NCBI GenBank assembly: GCA_034226945.1
Contig: CP120453.1
Span: 868,001 to 932,000, forward strand
DNA: 64,000 nt
Direction: 5' to 3'
Origin: Picochlorum sp. SENEW3
Taxonomy: Eukaryota
In this document: positions 12,023 to 24,912 of the stretch, piece after piece
Layout: each line of letters opens with the position of its first letter
How positions within the stretch are numbered: the stretch's first letter is position 1
The notes under the pieces: generated by a model
The model's database searches: none
Seen by the model: only the letters and a program-made list of their open reading frames with translations
What the model was told of the DNA's origin: nothing
Position numbers and translations under genes: made by a program

Positions 12023-12077
12023 AAACAGCAATGCATTTCTATTTTTTACATAATTAATTATAGTCAATAAGACCTAT

Positions 12078-12689
12078 TTATTTTCCCATGACAAGTGTAA
12101 GCTCTGCATCACAGACAAGGTCCTCTCCGACATAAGCCTTTGCATCCATTTTGCAAATTCCAAACCTCTTGTTGAATTTCGTCACATCCACACGCATCAT
12201 CAACACATCTCCTGGAACTACTGGCTTTCTCCAGCGAAGGTTATCAACACCTCCGAAGAAAAAATTGTTCTGCTGGGCCGCATCAGCTGGGTCGATCATA
12301 ACAATCCCTCCCAATTGTGCCATGGCTTCAACTTGAAGGACTCCTGGCATGATTGCTCTCTGGGGAAAATGACCTGGGAAAAAGTTATCATTGATAGTGA
12401 CACACTTGTATCCAACAGCCGACTTTCCATACTCCCATTCCAGCACGCGATCAACCAAGAGGAAGGGGTACCTGTGAGGAAGAATATCCATGATTTCCTG
12501 GATCTCTTTCAATGGCTTCATGTTTGGCCCAGTCTTCTCGACTCCGGTTTCTCCATCACCTGATCGCACAGTAAAAGAAGCATTATGTTGTCTTACTGCG
12601 CATCTTGCACGGCGAGAAGTCACTGTGACTGCAGGCATCACTGGCCTGGAGACAGTCTGCTGTGAGAGCCCAATTGTTGCGGAAATCAT
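12078..12689 (-). CDS. FABZ: Plastid 3-hydroxyacyl-ACP dehydratase
   Basis: LPHRYPFLLVDRV and FFPGHFPQRAIMPGVLQVEAMAQ; transit peptide from ATG 12689. Confidence 0.95.
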   Translation of the reverse strand: MISATIGLSQQTVSRPVMPAVTVTSRRARCAVRQHNASFTVRSGDGETGVEKTGPNMKPLKEIQEIMDILPHRYPFLLVDRVLEWEYGKSAVGYKCVTINDNFFPGHFPQRAIMPGVLQVEAMAQLGGIVMIDPADAAQQNNFFFGGVDNLRWRKPVVPGDVLMMRVDVTKFNKRFGICKMDAKAYVGEDLVCDAELTLVMGK

Positions 12690-13060
12690 ATCGATGTATT
12701 TCAAGTGATTTATAATATACAATGTATGTCAATGGTGAGTAAACAATCACAGTATTATGCGAATTGCCACAGTGGTGACATCTGCCGACTATCGATTGAT
12801 GCCTCCGTCCGGACCTATCTTGAGTATGGCCATGGCAATCGATCGACCATTGCATGTGATCGAACGATTCGAATCTGCGATAAACCCCAACACTTGCTTC
12901 TTCGGGACCAATCTGGTTTGTGCCGAAACCATATGTCGACTTTGGTTGGGATCACTAACTGGCTAAATCTTGTTGAAAATTTCAACACTCAGATCTGGTA
13001 TTATCCGCATAGTTCTTCTTCAGTCGACAGTTTACGCTACCACAGATCAAGCATTCGACT

Positions 13061-14758
13061 ATGGGTTGCTCTTCGAGTAAGCCATCTGATAGCGTGGAAG
13101 AGGTATGAATTATATTAAACATCTATGTAGATCCAATCCTGGTCTCATGATGGCTGTGATTGATGTGCAGGTCTCAGGGAAGACTGCCCCCAAATCTGTC
13201 CAGAAATACAGCAAAGATAAGAGGGAGAACAGCGTCCTTGGTCGGGGATTGAATGTGCGTGACTCTGTAATTTTGAATTATTTTGAATGACCAATGGCTG
13301 ACCGATGCATCGAACTTGTAGGACGTCAATACTGATTATCGCCTCGGCAAAGTGCTCGGTCGTGGTCAGTTTGGAACAACTCGGCTCGCCGAATCTGCCA
13401 AGGATAGGAACAAGTATGCTTGTAAGTCGATTGCCAAGCGTAAGTTAAGTTGTAAGGAAGATATTGAGGATGTTCAGAGGGAGGTCCAAATTATGCATCA
13501 CCTGAAAGGGCATCCCAATGTGACATATTTGAGGGGTACATACGAAGATCCTCAGAATGTGCATCTCGTGATGGACTTGTGCGGAGGTGGAGAGCTATTC
13601 GACGCCATTATCAAGCGTGGAAAATATTCCGAAAAAGATGCTGCCGACCTGATCCGTACAATTGTGTCTGTTGTGGCTCATTGCCACAGCATGGGAGTGA
13701 TTCACCGCGACCTCAAGCCTGAGAATTTCTTGCTTCAGTCCAAAGATCCAAGTTCACCAGTGTTGTGCACTGATTTCGGTCTGTCTGTCTTTTTCAAGCC
13801 AGGAGAAAAGTTCAAAGATATTGTGGGATCAGCATACTATGTCGCACCAGAGGTTTTGAAAAGAGACTATGGTCCTGAAGCGGACATCTGGTCATGCGGT
13901 GTCATTCTCTACATTCTGCTTTCCGGAATGCCTCCTTTCTGGGGCGAATCTGAAAATGAGATTTTCCGAAGTATTTTAAGAGGCAAGCTTGACTTCAAGA
14001 CAGATCCATGGCCTTTGATCTCGGACGAAGCAAAGACGTGCGTGGCAAAGATGCTTGAGATGAATCCAAAGAAACGTGCCACTGCAGATGAAATCTTGAA
14101 CGATCCATGGATGAAAGAAAATGGTGCTGCAAGTGATAAGCCTCTGGACAATGTAATCTTGTCTAGATTAAACAACTTTGCCACCATGAACAAGTTCAAG
14201 AAGGAAGCAATGAAGGTTATCGCAGCAAGCATGCCTGCTGATGAGATTTCTGGACTCAAGAATATATTTGAGAGTATTGACACTGACAAGAGTGGAACAA
14301 TCACAGCCCAAGAATTGAAAGAAGCTCTGGATAAGAAGGGCACTCTTCTCAAGGAAGAGGATGTCCAATCTCTTCTCAACATGGTTGATGTTGATGCCAA
14401 TGGTACCATTGATTATGAGGAGTTCTTGGCAGCTACATTAAGCCAGCACCAGATGCAGCAAGAGGATAACCTTCGTGCTGCTTTCAAACACTTTGATACG
14501 AATGGTGATGGTATCATCTCTGAAAGCGAACTGAAAGCAGCAATCTCAGAAGGAAAGCTTGGAATCTCTGAGGAAGAAGTCAAACAAGTTCTGGCAGAGG
14601 TTGACAAGGATGGAAATGGAGAGATTGATTACAATGAGTTCACGGAAATGCTGACAAATTTGGCCGCCCCAAGTATAACCACAGCCAAGAAGGACACTCG
14701 TGGAGAGTTGAATGCATACAAGGCTGCACACAAGCTGTTTGGCGGAGGAGCTGTGTGA
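13061..14758 (+). CDS. CDPK: Calcium-dependent protein kinase (kinase + 4 EF-hands), N-terminal MGC acylation motif
   Basis: First exon [31 protein letters not shown]; four EF-hands; introns ~13103-13170 and ~13254-13321. Confidence 0.95.
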
Positions 14759-14846
14759 GCGAATAATGGTCAAACACGGGTGTTTCACCAACAGAAGTTG
14801 CTATTCGAATTTCAAAAACCAAGATATATTATGTAATGACTTGATT

Positions 14847-15641
14847 ATGTATGGCATGCAATACAAAGTATCTTTACCAAGCAAAAGCACGAGACTTGCA
14901 CGCACTCTTCACACATGGACATGCCGATGCGTCAGTGCTCAGGATGATGCGAATGCATGCAATAGGAGGTCAGTGATATCCCTCATATCTCTATTTCCAT
15001 TGATAGGAGCAGATCTGACAGCTGCTGCAGCGCAGCCCTCATATGACGAGTACGCAGCGTCATATGACTCGCTGGATGATGGGCCTCTCGCATCTCTCCT
15101 TGGTATGGATGGACAAAGGCAGCGTCTGCTATCCAGAGCCAGGGGCGACGTATTAGAAGTAGGAGTAGGTACTGGGATCAACTTGAGGTTCTACGATGAT
15201 TCTCGAGTGCATTCTCTGACTGCATTGGACATATCAGAGAAAATGCTGGAACAGGCCAAGTCCAAACGCTCCCTTCTTGGTGGCCGCGAGTCCACCTTTG
15301 TGCAAGGCAGCGTGGAGGAATTGCCGTTTCCAGACGAAACATTCGATACAGTTATAGACACATTTAGCCTCTGTGTATACAGCGACCCAGCAAAAGCTAT
15401 CGCAGAGATGAAGAGAGTGGTCAAAAAGGATGGGAATGTGTTACTGTTGGAACATGCACGTAGCAAAGTACCCATGTTGGGAGCGTATCAGGATCTCACT
15501 GCAGAATCAGTTGCCACTTTGGGAAAAGGGTGCTACTGGAATCAGAACGTCGATGCTATTCTGAGAAGCAATGGATTGATAATCTCCAATCGTGAGGAAT
15601 ACCTTGGGGGTTTACTTGTCAGCTACATCCTTGCCAAGTGA
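14847..15641 (+). CDS. Class I SAM-dependent methyltransferase (METTL7-like), probably plastid-targeted
   Basis: VLEVGVGTG, LDISEKML, LPFPDETFDTV, LLLEH. Confidence 0.85.
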   Translation: MYGMQYKVSLPSKSTRLARTLHTWTCRCVSAQDDANACNRRSVISLISLFPLIGADLTAAAAQPSYDEYAASYDSLDDGPLASLLGMDGQRQRLLSRARGDVLEVGVGTGINLRFYDDSRVHSLTALDISEKMLEQAKSKRSLLGGRESTFVQGSVEELPFPDETFDTVIDTFSLCVYSDPAKAIAEMKRVVKKDGNVLLLEHARSKVPMLGAYQDLTAESVATLGKGCYWNQNVDAILRSNGLIISNREEYLGGLLVSYILAK

Positions 15642-15708
15642 AGTATGAAAGAACTTTGGGATTCTTGCTGACAATTTTGATAGTAGAAATAAAAAATCTT
15701 CAAAAATA

Positions 15709-16764
15709 ATGTCGAATCAGTTAGGAAGCAAAACACTGGTACATGCGAGGCCTTTTGCAAACACGCGTGTGGCCACAAAGACATGTGAGTGGTCCAGGCG
15801 AAGGGCCATCGATACATCTAGTAGGATCCCTGAGAATTCAAATAATGTTTCTATAGGCACATATGAGTGGAGAGGGCACAACATTGCGTATTCCGAAAGT
15901 GGTTGCGCAGGCCAAAAAGCAGTATGCCTGATACACGGGTTTGGTGCTTGCGGAGGTCATTATCGAAACATTATTCCGGCATTGTCCAAGCAGTATAAAG
16001 TGTATACTTTGGATCTACTAGGGTTTGGAGGCTCATCGAAACCAAAGATTGAGTACTCCATGGATCTTTTCAAGGAACAAATAGAACATTTTATCAGTGA
16101 ACACATTCCTGATCAGGAAGGATCTGTAGACTCTAGAATCCATCTCGTGGGGAATTCGATTGGATCACTTGCATCGCTCATGGTAGCTTCTAAAAATAGC
16201 GACAAAGTCGAATCATTGATCCTGTTGAATTGCGCAGGTGGTTTGAATAATAAAGCTCTTTCGGATGATTGGAGAATCAAGCTGGCAATGCCCATCTTTC
16301 TGCTCATTGATGCATTGCTGAAAAATGAAACCATTGGGAGATACTTATTTGATAGGATACGATCAAAGGAGAACTTGCGAAACATTCTGCAGTCTTTATA
16401 CCCATCTAATGCTCTTGTCGTTGATGATGAACTTGTGGATATCATACACGGGCCATCAAATGATGAGAATGCATTGGATGTGTTTGTGAATATCATTACA
16501 ACAGATAATGCAGGACCATCCCCTGTCGCAATCATGGACAATGTCACATGTCCAATGCTTCTCTTATGGGGAACAGAAGATAATCTAACCCCTAGTGACG
16601 GCCCAATAGGCAAGTACTTTCAGAATCTCCACAGAACAAGGGAGGATACAGCCTTTGTACCTCTCGATGGCGTTGGCCATTGTCCTCATGATGAGGCCAG
16701 TGAGGAATGCCTGAAACACATGCTTCCTTGGCTTGAAAAGTACACAACAGAATGTATGCAATGA
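15709..16764 (+). CDS. Alpha/beta hydrolase (pheophytinase-like family)
   Basis: LIHGFG, DLLGFGGS, GNSIG nucleophile elbow, GHCPHDE. Confidence 0.9.
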   Translation: MSNQLGSKTLVHARPFANTRVATKTCEWSRRRAIDTSSRIPENSNNVSIGTYEWRGHNIAYSESGCAGQKAVCLIHGFGACGGHYRNIIPALSKQYKVYTLDLLGFGGSSKPKIEYSMDLFKEQIEHFISEHIPDQEGSVDSRIHLVGNSIGSLASLMVASKNSDKVESLILLNCAGGLNNKALSDDWRIKLAMPIFLLIDALLKNETIGRYLFDRIRSKENLRNILQSLYPSNALVVDDELVDIIHGPSNDENALDVFVNIITTDNAGPSPVAIMDNVTCPMLLLWGTEDNLTPSDGPIGKYFQNLHRTREDTAFVPLDGVGHCPHDEASEECLKHMLPWLEKYTTECMQ

Positions 16765-16824
16765 ATGATGCTTACATTTGAAAAAAAAATGGAGACTAAA
16801 AACCAATAGAAAATTCGTTATTCA

Positions 16825-17709
16825 TTATTCATCCAACAATGCCAACTCGATCGCAAAGTCATCCCTCTCAATGCTTTCTGCGTTTGGATCCGTGGCTCTC
16901 TCCTCAAAGTACTGCCCAAACTGCAAATCATACACCTCATCTTCCTCCACAGTCTCAAGCACTAAATCCGACCTTGGATATCCAATGCACATGAGAGCAT
17001 ATCCCATCTGCTTCAATGGGTTGCTCACCCCCAGCCCCTGAGGCTGATACATGTCACCCTCCTTGACCTTCACAGCACACGCAGTACAGCATCCCATACG
17101 ACATGCATACGGAAGAATAAGACCCTGATCTTCGGCCTCCCATAAAACATACCTATCCTCTGGAACCTCTACGTCCACCTCTTGATCCAAAAACTTGTTG
17201 AATATCTTCACCTTGTGCCGAGGAGCATCGCTCTTCCCACGACCCTCTCCAGAAAATTGCCCAGCTTCACCCCCAAAGTGCACAGCCCTTCCTCCGATCA
17301 ATCGAGAAGCTGCGTTAAATTCCTCCTTGACCCACAAATCCACTGTCCCATCAGCCTCATACTTCTGTCTCCACTCCTCCGTCGACATGGATGCAATGCT
17401 CTCCATAGGACCACTCTCTTCATCATATGATTCATCAGAGCTATCCTTTAAATCACTCCCGATCGTCAAACCAATCGGACCCAGACTCACCCCCGCAGAG
17501 TCTGCCACATTCTGCAACATTTGTGCTCCACCACTCTTCTTCTTCTCCTCCCTCTCCGACATTCGTTCCTCCTTCTGAGCAGCACATGTAAATGAATAAC
17601 CTCTCCTGTGTCTTCCCAGAAGAATGCTTCGATGGAAATGGACTCGTGCTGGTACGCTCACGTGAGACCCATGTCCCGTTCTTGATACGACTCCTCCTTG
17701 CAAAGACAT
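16825..17709 (-). CDS. C-type 2Fe-2S ferredoxin (FdC2/FDX6-like) with long N-terminal extension
   Basis: LPYACRMGCCTACAV...YALMC and C-terminal IERDDFAIELALLDE typical of FdC2. Confidence 0.9.
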   Translation of the reverse strand: MSLQGGVVSRTGHGSHVSVPARVHFHRSILLGRHRRGYSFTCAAQKEERMSEREEKKKSGGAQMLQNVADSAGVSLGPIGLTIGSDLKDSSDESYDEESGPMESIASMSTEEWRQKYEADGTVDLWVKEEFNAASRLIGGRAVHFGGEAGQFSGEGRGKSDAPRHKVKIFNKFLDQEVDVEVPEDRYVLWEAEDQGLILPYACRMGCCTACAVKVKEGDMYQPQGLGVSNPLKQMGYALMCIGYPRSDLVLETVEEDEVYDLQFGQYFEERATDPNAESIERDDFAIELALLDE

Positions 17710-18278
17710 CTTCTCGTCTACTACGTATACTAAAATATATTGATAAATGTAAAAAATCTTCTATCCAATGGCGGTCACAAGGTGCCCTGTGAATGATGGC
17801 CACGGGCACGTGGATGGTTATCCAGATTTCATCTGCCACTCAACTTGAGTTGGCAAGCTCAAGCTTGGCATTGCTAATCCTCAAGCAAGAAGGGACTGCG
17901 TAGATGCCCATGAAGCCTCCTCTGGATCTTTACAAGATGCATGTATGTAATGAATGATGGCCATCCTGTCATCTACATGGGGATGCACAGACAGCTGATG
18001 TATCCTTGACAGGCCTGGCACCCATGGGCGTACCCAATTTTTTTAAGTAGGGAATGGAAGCGCATGCATCATGCGGCATGTGCCTTTGTTTCTCACATCG
18101 CATTCCCTGTATATATTTAATGCATTAGACATAAACAGTTCCATTTGGTGGCACTGTCACACACAGAAATCGTTCATGAGTTTGCTGTGTACGTTTGGAA
18201 TGGTCGTTGGACAGAAAACACAACCTTGAACCGCAGGTTCCTTCTCCCCTTCCTGTTTTAAAATTTCAAGGGCTGTGA

Positions 18279-21200
18279 ATGAATCGACAAGAAGTGCGAT
18301 GCACGTCTTTCCTCGGGAAGGGTGTGGTCCGGAATGTTTGCCATTGTCATTCCTCTTTTGTGACGCGTCGTCTGTGTCGGATAGAGTGCGCTTCTGGGGT
18401 GTCTGTAGCATCGTCTCTATTGTCTGTGGATAAAGGGGTGGTGCGCCATGGTGTAGCAAGGCATGGGCTATATGTATCCCATCGAAACGTGAGGGCGTGT
18501 GCCAAGATTGGGAACGTACATGTGACGCCTGCGAGTGTGAGCGAGTTCTTTTCTGACACTGTCCGGCCGTATATGACCAGATGTGTTAGGATGTTGGTGT
18601 ATGTGTGGAAGACAAAGCTGGAGCAATGGCATAAGAAGATGTTCTTCAATGCTATAGGGTTGTTGGGAGGGTTGTTGGTTGTGCATGTTTCTTTGAATAT
18701 TTGGATGGTGCCGAGGCTGAATAAAACATTGCCGAGTGTATCGAAGAATTTGAGTAAAAGCCTTGGAAGGAATGTGTCAATACATCGGATCGAGTGGATT
18801 GCACCGACTGGGCTTGCTGGCTTGAATCCTATTGGGCGGATGAAGGGTGTGTCAGTGGGTCCTGGCTCTATGGAAAAGAGTCATGCGTCGATAGACACTC
18901 TTGATGTGCATTTCAATCCTTTTAAATCTGTGTTGTATGGGAGGATAATGTTGTCGACGAAGAGTGAAGGAGCTGAGTTTCATTTGAAGCAGGCAGAGAA
19001 TTTCAGTTGGTTTGGGTTTCCAGATGATACGACACCGTCTTCTCGGTTTGTTCCTCCTGCATCTGGAGGGAGCAGTGGGAGCAATTCAAGAGTGAAAAGA
19101 TCTCAGACGTCTGGAGTCCGTGTGAGTGCATCTGAAGCATTGTCTTCAAACTCTCTGGAAAAGAAGAGAATGGTGAGCATGGATGGCCTGTTGAGATGGC
19201 ATGAGAGCAAAACACAGTCTTTAGAGCAGTCTCTGAGGCAGCATGGAGACTATACGTACGAAAATATTTTTTTATGCTCTTCTTCAGGTTCTGGACGAGG
19301 ATCAGATTCCAGGAATGGTTTGTTCAGGGAGCAGAGTGAACTGGCTGGCTGTGAGGATGTTCCATCCACGAGTGGTAAATTGAATGCTAATCTCTCCTCT
19401 CTTACGATTGACCTGGATAATTTATACAGCTTGAGGTCATTGGAGAGTATTTCTACTGATTCAAAGAATGAAAGGCCTGCACCTCATGCACATTCCATAG
19501 ACTTGGAGAAACTCTCTGCTCTTAACAGTCTCAATGTTCAACGCGATTCCACAAAGTTGGATGAAAGCGTTACGTCGGAAATGAAATCAAAGGAATCTTT
19601 TAAAATATATTCTAAGTTAGTCGAGGACCCAGGTACTGTGAAGAAGAAGTTGGTTGGTTCGAAAGCTTTGCAAAAGGCAAGAAATTGGACTCCTGCAATA
19701 CCGAAGCATCACATGGATGCCCAGGGTACTACAAGAGGGACGCCTTCTGCTTCTGATGGAGTCAAAAGCGTTCCTTCTGTCGTAAAATCGATTCCAAAGC
19801 GGCATATCATCATGGATGGGAAACAGCATCCGACTGGGAAGCTTAAAAAGACTGTGGCAATAGAGAAGCCTACATATACGCCTGCCCCTCCAGAGGCTTT
19901 AGCAGAGAGAAAGTACAAAAAATCAGTCTTCAAGCATTTATTGGAAGCTATCTCGAATATTGTTGTTCAAAGAATCTCTCTAGAGTCATTTGTGTGCCAA
20001 CATGGGACATTGTATGGCTATATTTATGATGAGCCTTTGCCAAGGACGTTTAGAAATGTGGTGGTGGTACGACATGCTGTATTGCGGTACATGATGCGGT
20101 ATATGGGACGCAAGTATAACTCAATTTGTTTTGCATTTGCAGAAATCTCAATTCAGTGGAAATTATAATAAATTGAAAATTGATATCACAGCAGAACCTG
20201 ACAAGAGATCTCTTGATGCTTATAGATGGACCATGAAAACCCCAACTGCCCCTCGACATCTTCGAGATTATATTGGATCGGATTATTATAAGAATTTTGG
20301 CAGCTTATTTGAAAAGATTGATGAAGATGAAACAGGTGGACAATTAGGCGTGCATATCGAAGCAGATAATGTAGTCAAGAATGATATGCTTGCTGGGGGT
20401 CCAATCTATCCATCCATGAAAATAGCCATTAATGGGAAAAATCTTCATGCGCCACTTATTGAAAGAATCGTAGAGCTTCCTATGGACATGAAATCAGGAC
20501 GTTTGGATGGTCATTTTATTATATCTTCGGATGATGCATCATCATGGGCATTCCCAAAGTTTCATGGAAGGGTGGCTGTTCGAAACGCCAATTTTCACTT
20601 TTGGGATTCGTCCGATGAGATCATGAATTCCGCAATGGATTTAATATTTGAAGGAGATAGAGTGTATCTTCACAAGGCCACAGGATACTTCGGTGCTGTG
20701 CCCTTGAAAGTGACAGGGGATCTTGATATGAATCCTCTATATGGTGAGTACAGGGTTTCTGCATCTGTGCCAAGCGTAGAGATTAACGCTTTGAGGGCTA
20801 CGCTAGGTGTCCGACCAACACCATTTCCTGTCTCTGGGGCAGTCAGTGGAACAATGCATGTGACAGGTCCTCTTGAGAAACCAGTGTTTTCAGGACATGC
20901 ACACATACAACGACCAACTGAGGAGATGATAGCTCAGGCTGAGCCATCTTTAGCTCTGGAGGCGCTGCAAGCTACCGAAAATGCTGTTGGAGCATACGAA
21001 AGAATTCCTTTCCAGGAAGCAGGGGCAGTATTTTCGTTGGATACTGCCACGAACGAGATGGTCCTCCATGCTCTCCATGGAGATCTGGTTGATGGAGGAC
21101 AGCTTCAAGGTGCTGGAAAGATGAATGTCGCACCTAGCGCAGAGTTGGACCCAAATGCGCTGGACATTATTGTGAGAGGAAGTGATATCAATCAGGAGGC

Positions 21201-24200
21201 ACTTGCAAAGCGCTATTCATCAGATGTTGCCCTACCCTTGGAGCTTGGCAAAGGCCTGTCATCTGGTACTGTCGCGATGAAAGGTGCACATTTGTCGCCT
21301 GTGATCAACACTCTTTTCACTGTTTCCAATGGAGCTCAAGGATCTGTGAGATTCCAAAGGGAGAGTACATCGTTGGAGGTTTCATCACCTCATTTTGAGG
21401 CATCAGGCTCTGTTTATCTGAATCCACCGTCATACGCATCCATGAAAAGTGCAGTCACACAGGCCCAGGCCTCAGACTTGGCCAAGCCAAATTTTACTGG
21501 ATGTTCGATGAATATCAATATGAAAGGATTTGATATGATTCCTTTCCTTTCGGACAATGATGCTGTTCGAAACCTGTCAAAGACTGCTGGGGAGCCTCTA
21601 AAGCTCAGAGTGAATGGACGTGTCAAGCTTGATGGGGACGTTAGGAACACAAAAGCAATCGACTATGGCGACAAAGAGAGGAATTCTGGGTGGCAATTTT
21701 CTGGAATGCTTGGTTTTGAAGACATTAGGTTGAATCAAATGAAGCTTTACAGGGATTTGAGGGGCACCATTGAGCTGAATGATCAGAAACTATCAGCCCA
21801 TGGCAAGGGCATGCGACCAGATGAAACACTGGATATAGAGATAGACCTACCCATCATATCTCAAAAATGTGAGGTCAAGAATACTTTCGGTGATAGCTAT
21901 ATGAATTTGAGATACGGAAAACTGCAAGCTTCTGGTGCAGTCATGGATGATGGTGCTTTGATGGATTTCAGGATTGCGAACATTAAGTTGGATGAATTGG
22001 AGCTTGCATCGTTGAGAGGGGATCTACAAGAAATCTCTTGTGCAGTAAACTTTAAGGCACAGACAGGAAGAGGCAGAGCCAGCATCTTGGCCCCAAAGTA
22101 TTCAGGGATACAGGGAGAGAGCTTGAGTGGAGGTTTCAGATGGGAGAAGGACGTTTTCAGACTAGAAAAAATTGCCCTGCAGCAAAAGCAGAGCAGATAC
22201 GAGCTTCAGGGTGAATACGTCCTTCCATCCTCATTCCAGCTTCCGTCGAATGCTGCTGATTTGTTTGGCCCTGATCAATCCATAGCACAGAGTGGAGCAA
22301 ATGGTAGGTGGCGACTACGAGTTGATGCGCCATATGCAGAAATTCAGGACTTGACGCCTGCCGGAAGGTTTCTACAGTCCGTGAATGATCAGTTTCCAGC
22401 AGACTATGAGAGAGCAAAAAATGGATTTATTAGGGCGTTGACTTCAGCATCTGTCAGATTGAATGATCTGAACGAGATTCTCGATGTCCTGATAGATCCT
22501 GTGAATCCCAAGTCAGGATTTATCGCTGAACCAAAGCATGCAGACATAAATCTCCATTTCCCAGCACTCCAGACATCTCAGGGTTTCTGGAAAGGGAGTA
22601 TTCAGGCTTTTGGTGGGGGAGAAGGTGCTACCAGTTGCGATTTTGATATCCGTGGGCAGAATTGGGTGTGGGGTGACGCAACTCTTGACTCATTTGTTGC
22701 CAAAGGTAGTGGTCACTCGGAGGACGGAATACAGCTTCAGGAGGTACGCGATCTCAAATTGATGAAATTTTCTTCCTATATTCAAGTGATGCATTTCTTG
22801 ATTTAATGCAGTTTGTTCTCAATGCTGGTGATGCGAAACTACTGATTCGTGGTAGTCTATTGAATGAAAACCAAGATGCAACACTTTTGCTAACAGATTT
22901 CCCTGTTTCCACTTTGCGACCAGTCTTCCAAGCTATTCCTGCTTTACAGCATGCCTCGCCAGCCGTTTCTGCGCATGAACCAGAGCCCATTGCATCTCCT
23001 CTGCCCCTTGGTATCATTGCAAGTACAATGAGCAAAATGTCTGACAAGGAAGTGACAGAAACTTCTCCTATAAATGGACAGCTATTCATGTCAGGATCTT
23101 TGACAGGAAGCAAAGATTCCCCTTCAGCGAATGTGACAGTGAGAGTATATGAGGCTGTTGTGGGACGAACTAGGCTTTCCAATGCTCAGGCATCGGCACA
23201 GATGACTGATGGCAGCGATCTTAGTTTTGATGTTAATATCGTTCCTTTGGACGGTCAGAGAAGCTCTGGACAAATAGTTGCGTCAGGAAAAGTACCATTG
23301 CAACACATATTTAGGAAAGGTGGGGTAGATAGCGACTCAGGAGAATTGATGGATATAAATCTGAACATTCGAGATGGTGGTATGGCTGTTGTGACTTCAA
23401 TCTCTCCAAATGTCAGATGGAGACAAGGAAGTGCTGATCTGACAGCAAATATTTCTGGTAAGATAAAAAATCCGGTGATAACTGGAGAGGCTCGTCTATC
23501 TAAAGCTCTGCTCGATTGCCCAGTTCTGAAATACCCCCTCAACCTAGTTACTGCTGATATCAGATGCAAGGATGATACAGTTATGGTCAAAGGTGTTGAT
23601 GCCCGAGTTGGAAGAAAAGGTAGGATCAGAGTCAGGGGCACCCTGCCCCTTAAGCATGATCATTCAATGGAAGGAATGAAAAATTCGAGAATCACTCTTG
23701 ACTTGCATGGCTTGGAATTGAAAGCAAGAAACATGTATACTGGCCAGCTGGATGCCTTGCTTACCGCCAGGGATAGTGTTGAGAGGCCTATAATTGGTGG
23801 TTCTATGCGTTTCAGCAAAGGATCGCTCCTGCTAAATCCTCAAGGTCAGGATCTGAATGCTTCGAGCCAGACTTTTGAAGATCAAGTTTCAGATATCGAG
23901 TCTCCGTTGGCTCCATCCGTGTCAAAGGTGTTCACTTTGCTGACCAAGGGTGATACTGGACTAGCTACACAATTGGAAAGTGCCGTGAAAAACGAGGTGG
24001 AGGCTATGGAGATGATTGTGGAAGAGTCTACAGGATCAAATGCAGTTCTCGATGGCTTGGCAGTCCAATTTGGCCCTGACCTTAGAGCACTTTATCCATT
24101 AGTCATGAACTTTGCGGTAAATGGAGAGCTAGTAGCATCTGGACCTGCTCATTTAGATTCTGTCACACTATCTGGATCATTGAGGCTTCCAAGTGGAGAT

Positions 24201-24893
24201 ATAAATCTCCTAGCAGCACAATTTGAGCTTGATCGAGAGCATGAGAACATGATCATATTTGGAGCAAGTGGCAATCAGGCATCAGCGGAATCAAATCGTC
24301 AAGAGCAAGTAGGAATTGACCCATTGGTTGATGTATCACTAACTAGCGGTGACTTGAAAGTCTCTGTCACCGGAAAAGCGAGTGAATGGTCCGAGCATTT
24401 GACAATGCAAAGTGCTGGTAGAGGCTCAACTGGCATGGATGCTGGAGAGAAGCTGGATGCTTTGGAAGCAGCGAAACTTCTGGAATCCAAACTTAAAGCA
24501 GCTCTATTGGCTGATAATGGGCAAATAGCCCTCAATAAATTGGCTGGAACGACTATGGCTACATTCATGCCAAAAATTGAAACACAGGGAAGTGTCGGAG
24601 ACACCAAGTGGAGATTGGTCAGTGCCCCTTCTGTACCAGGACTGCTTGACCCGCGAGAAACAAGTGCATCCAATGTCTTGGATTTTTTGGCCCTTGGAGC
24701 GGAAGTTGAAGTAAGCTTTGGAAAGAAACTTCAGGCAGCCATGGTTAGGAAATTGCGAGAATCAGATGTCATGACAAAGTGGACTCTCAACTACAATCTC
24801 AACTCAAAACTACGAATGCAATTTGACGTATCATCTGCTCCACCATACCCAAAGACTTTGACATTCCAGTATTCGTCTGAGGGTGGTGAGTAA
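18279..24893 (+). CDS. TIC236: TIC236 (TamB/AsmA-like) chloroplast envelope protein, three exons
   Basis: Transit peptide, one TM, long beta-taco repeats, FSWFGFP, C-terminal TamB-like region ending LTFQYSS; introns near 20065-20141 and 22744-22811. Confidence 0.9.
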
Positions 24894-24912
24894 CTGTAAT
24901 ATATTACATAGT

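Noticed and set aside
14712..14846. Methyltransferase start at 14712 overlapping CDPK
   Set aside because: The extension overlaps the CDPK tail and its poly(A) signal; 14847 or a nearby Met is more plausible.
20131..22811. TIC236 appearing as three separate or frameshifted ORFs
   Set aside because: Breaks coincide with GT-AG introns; one gene, not a pseudogene.
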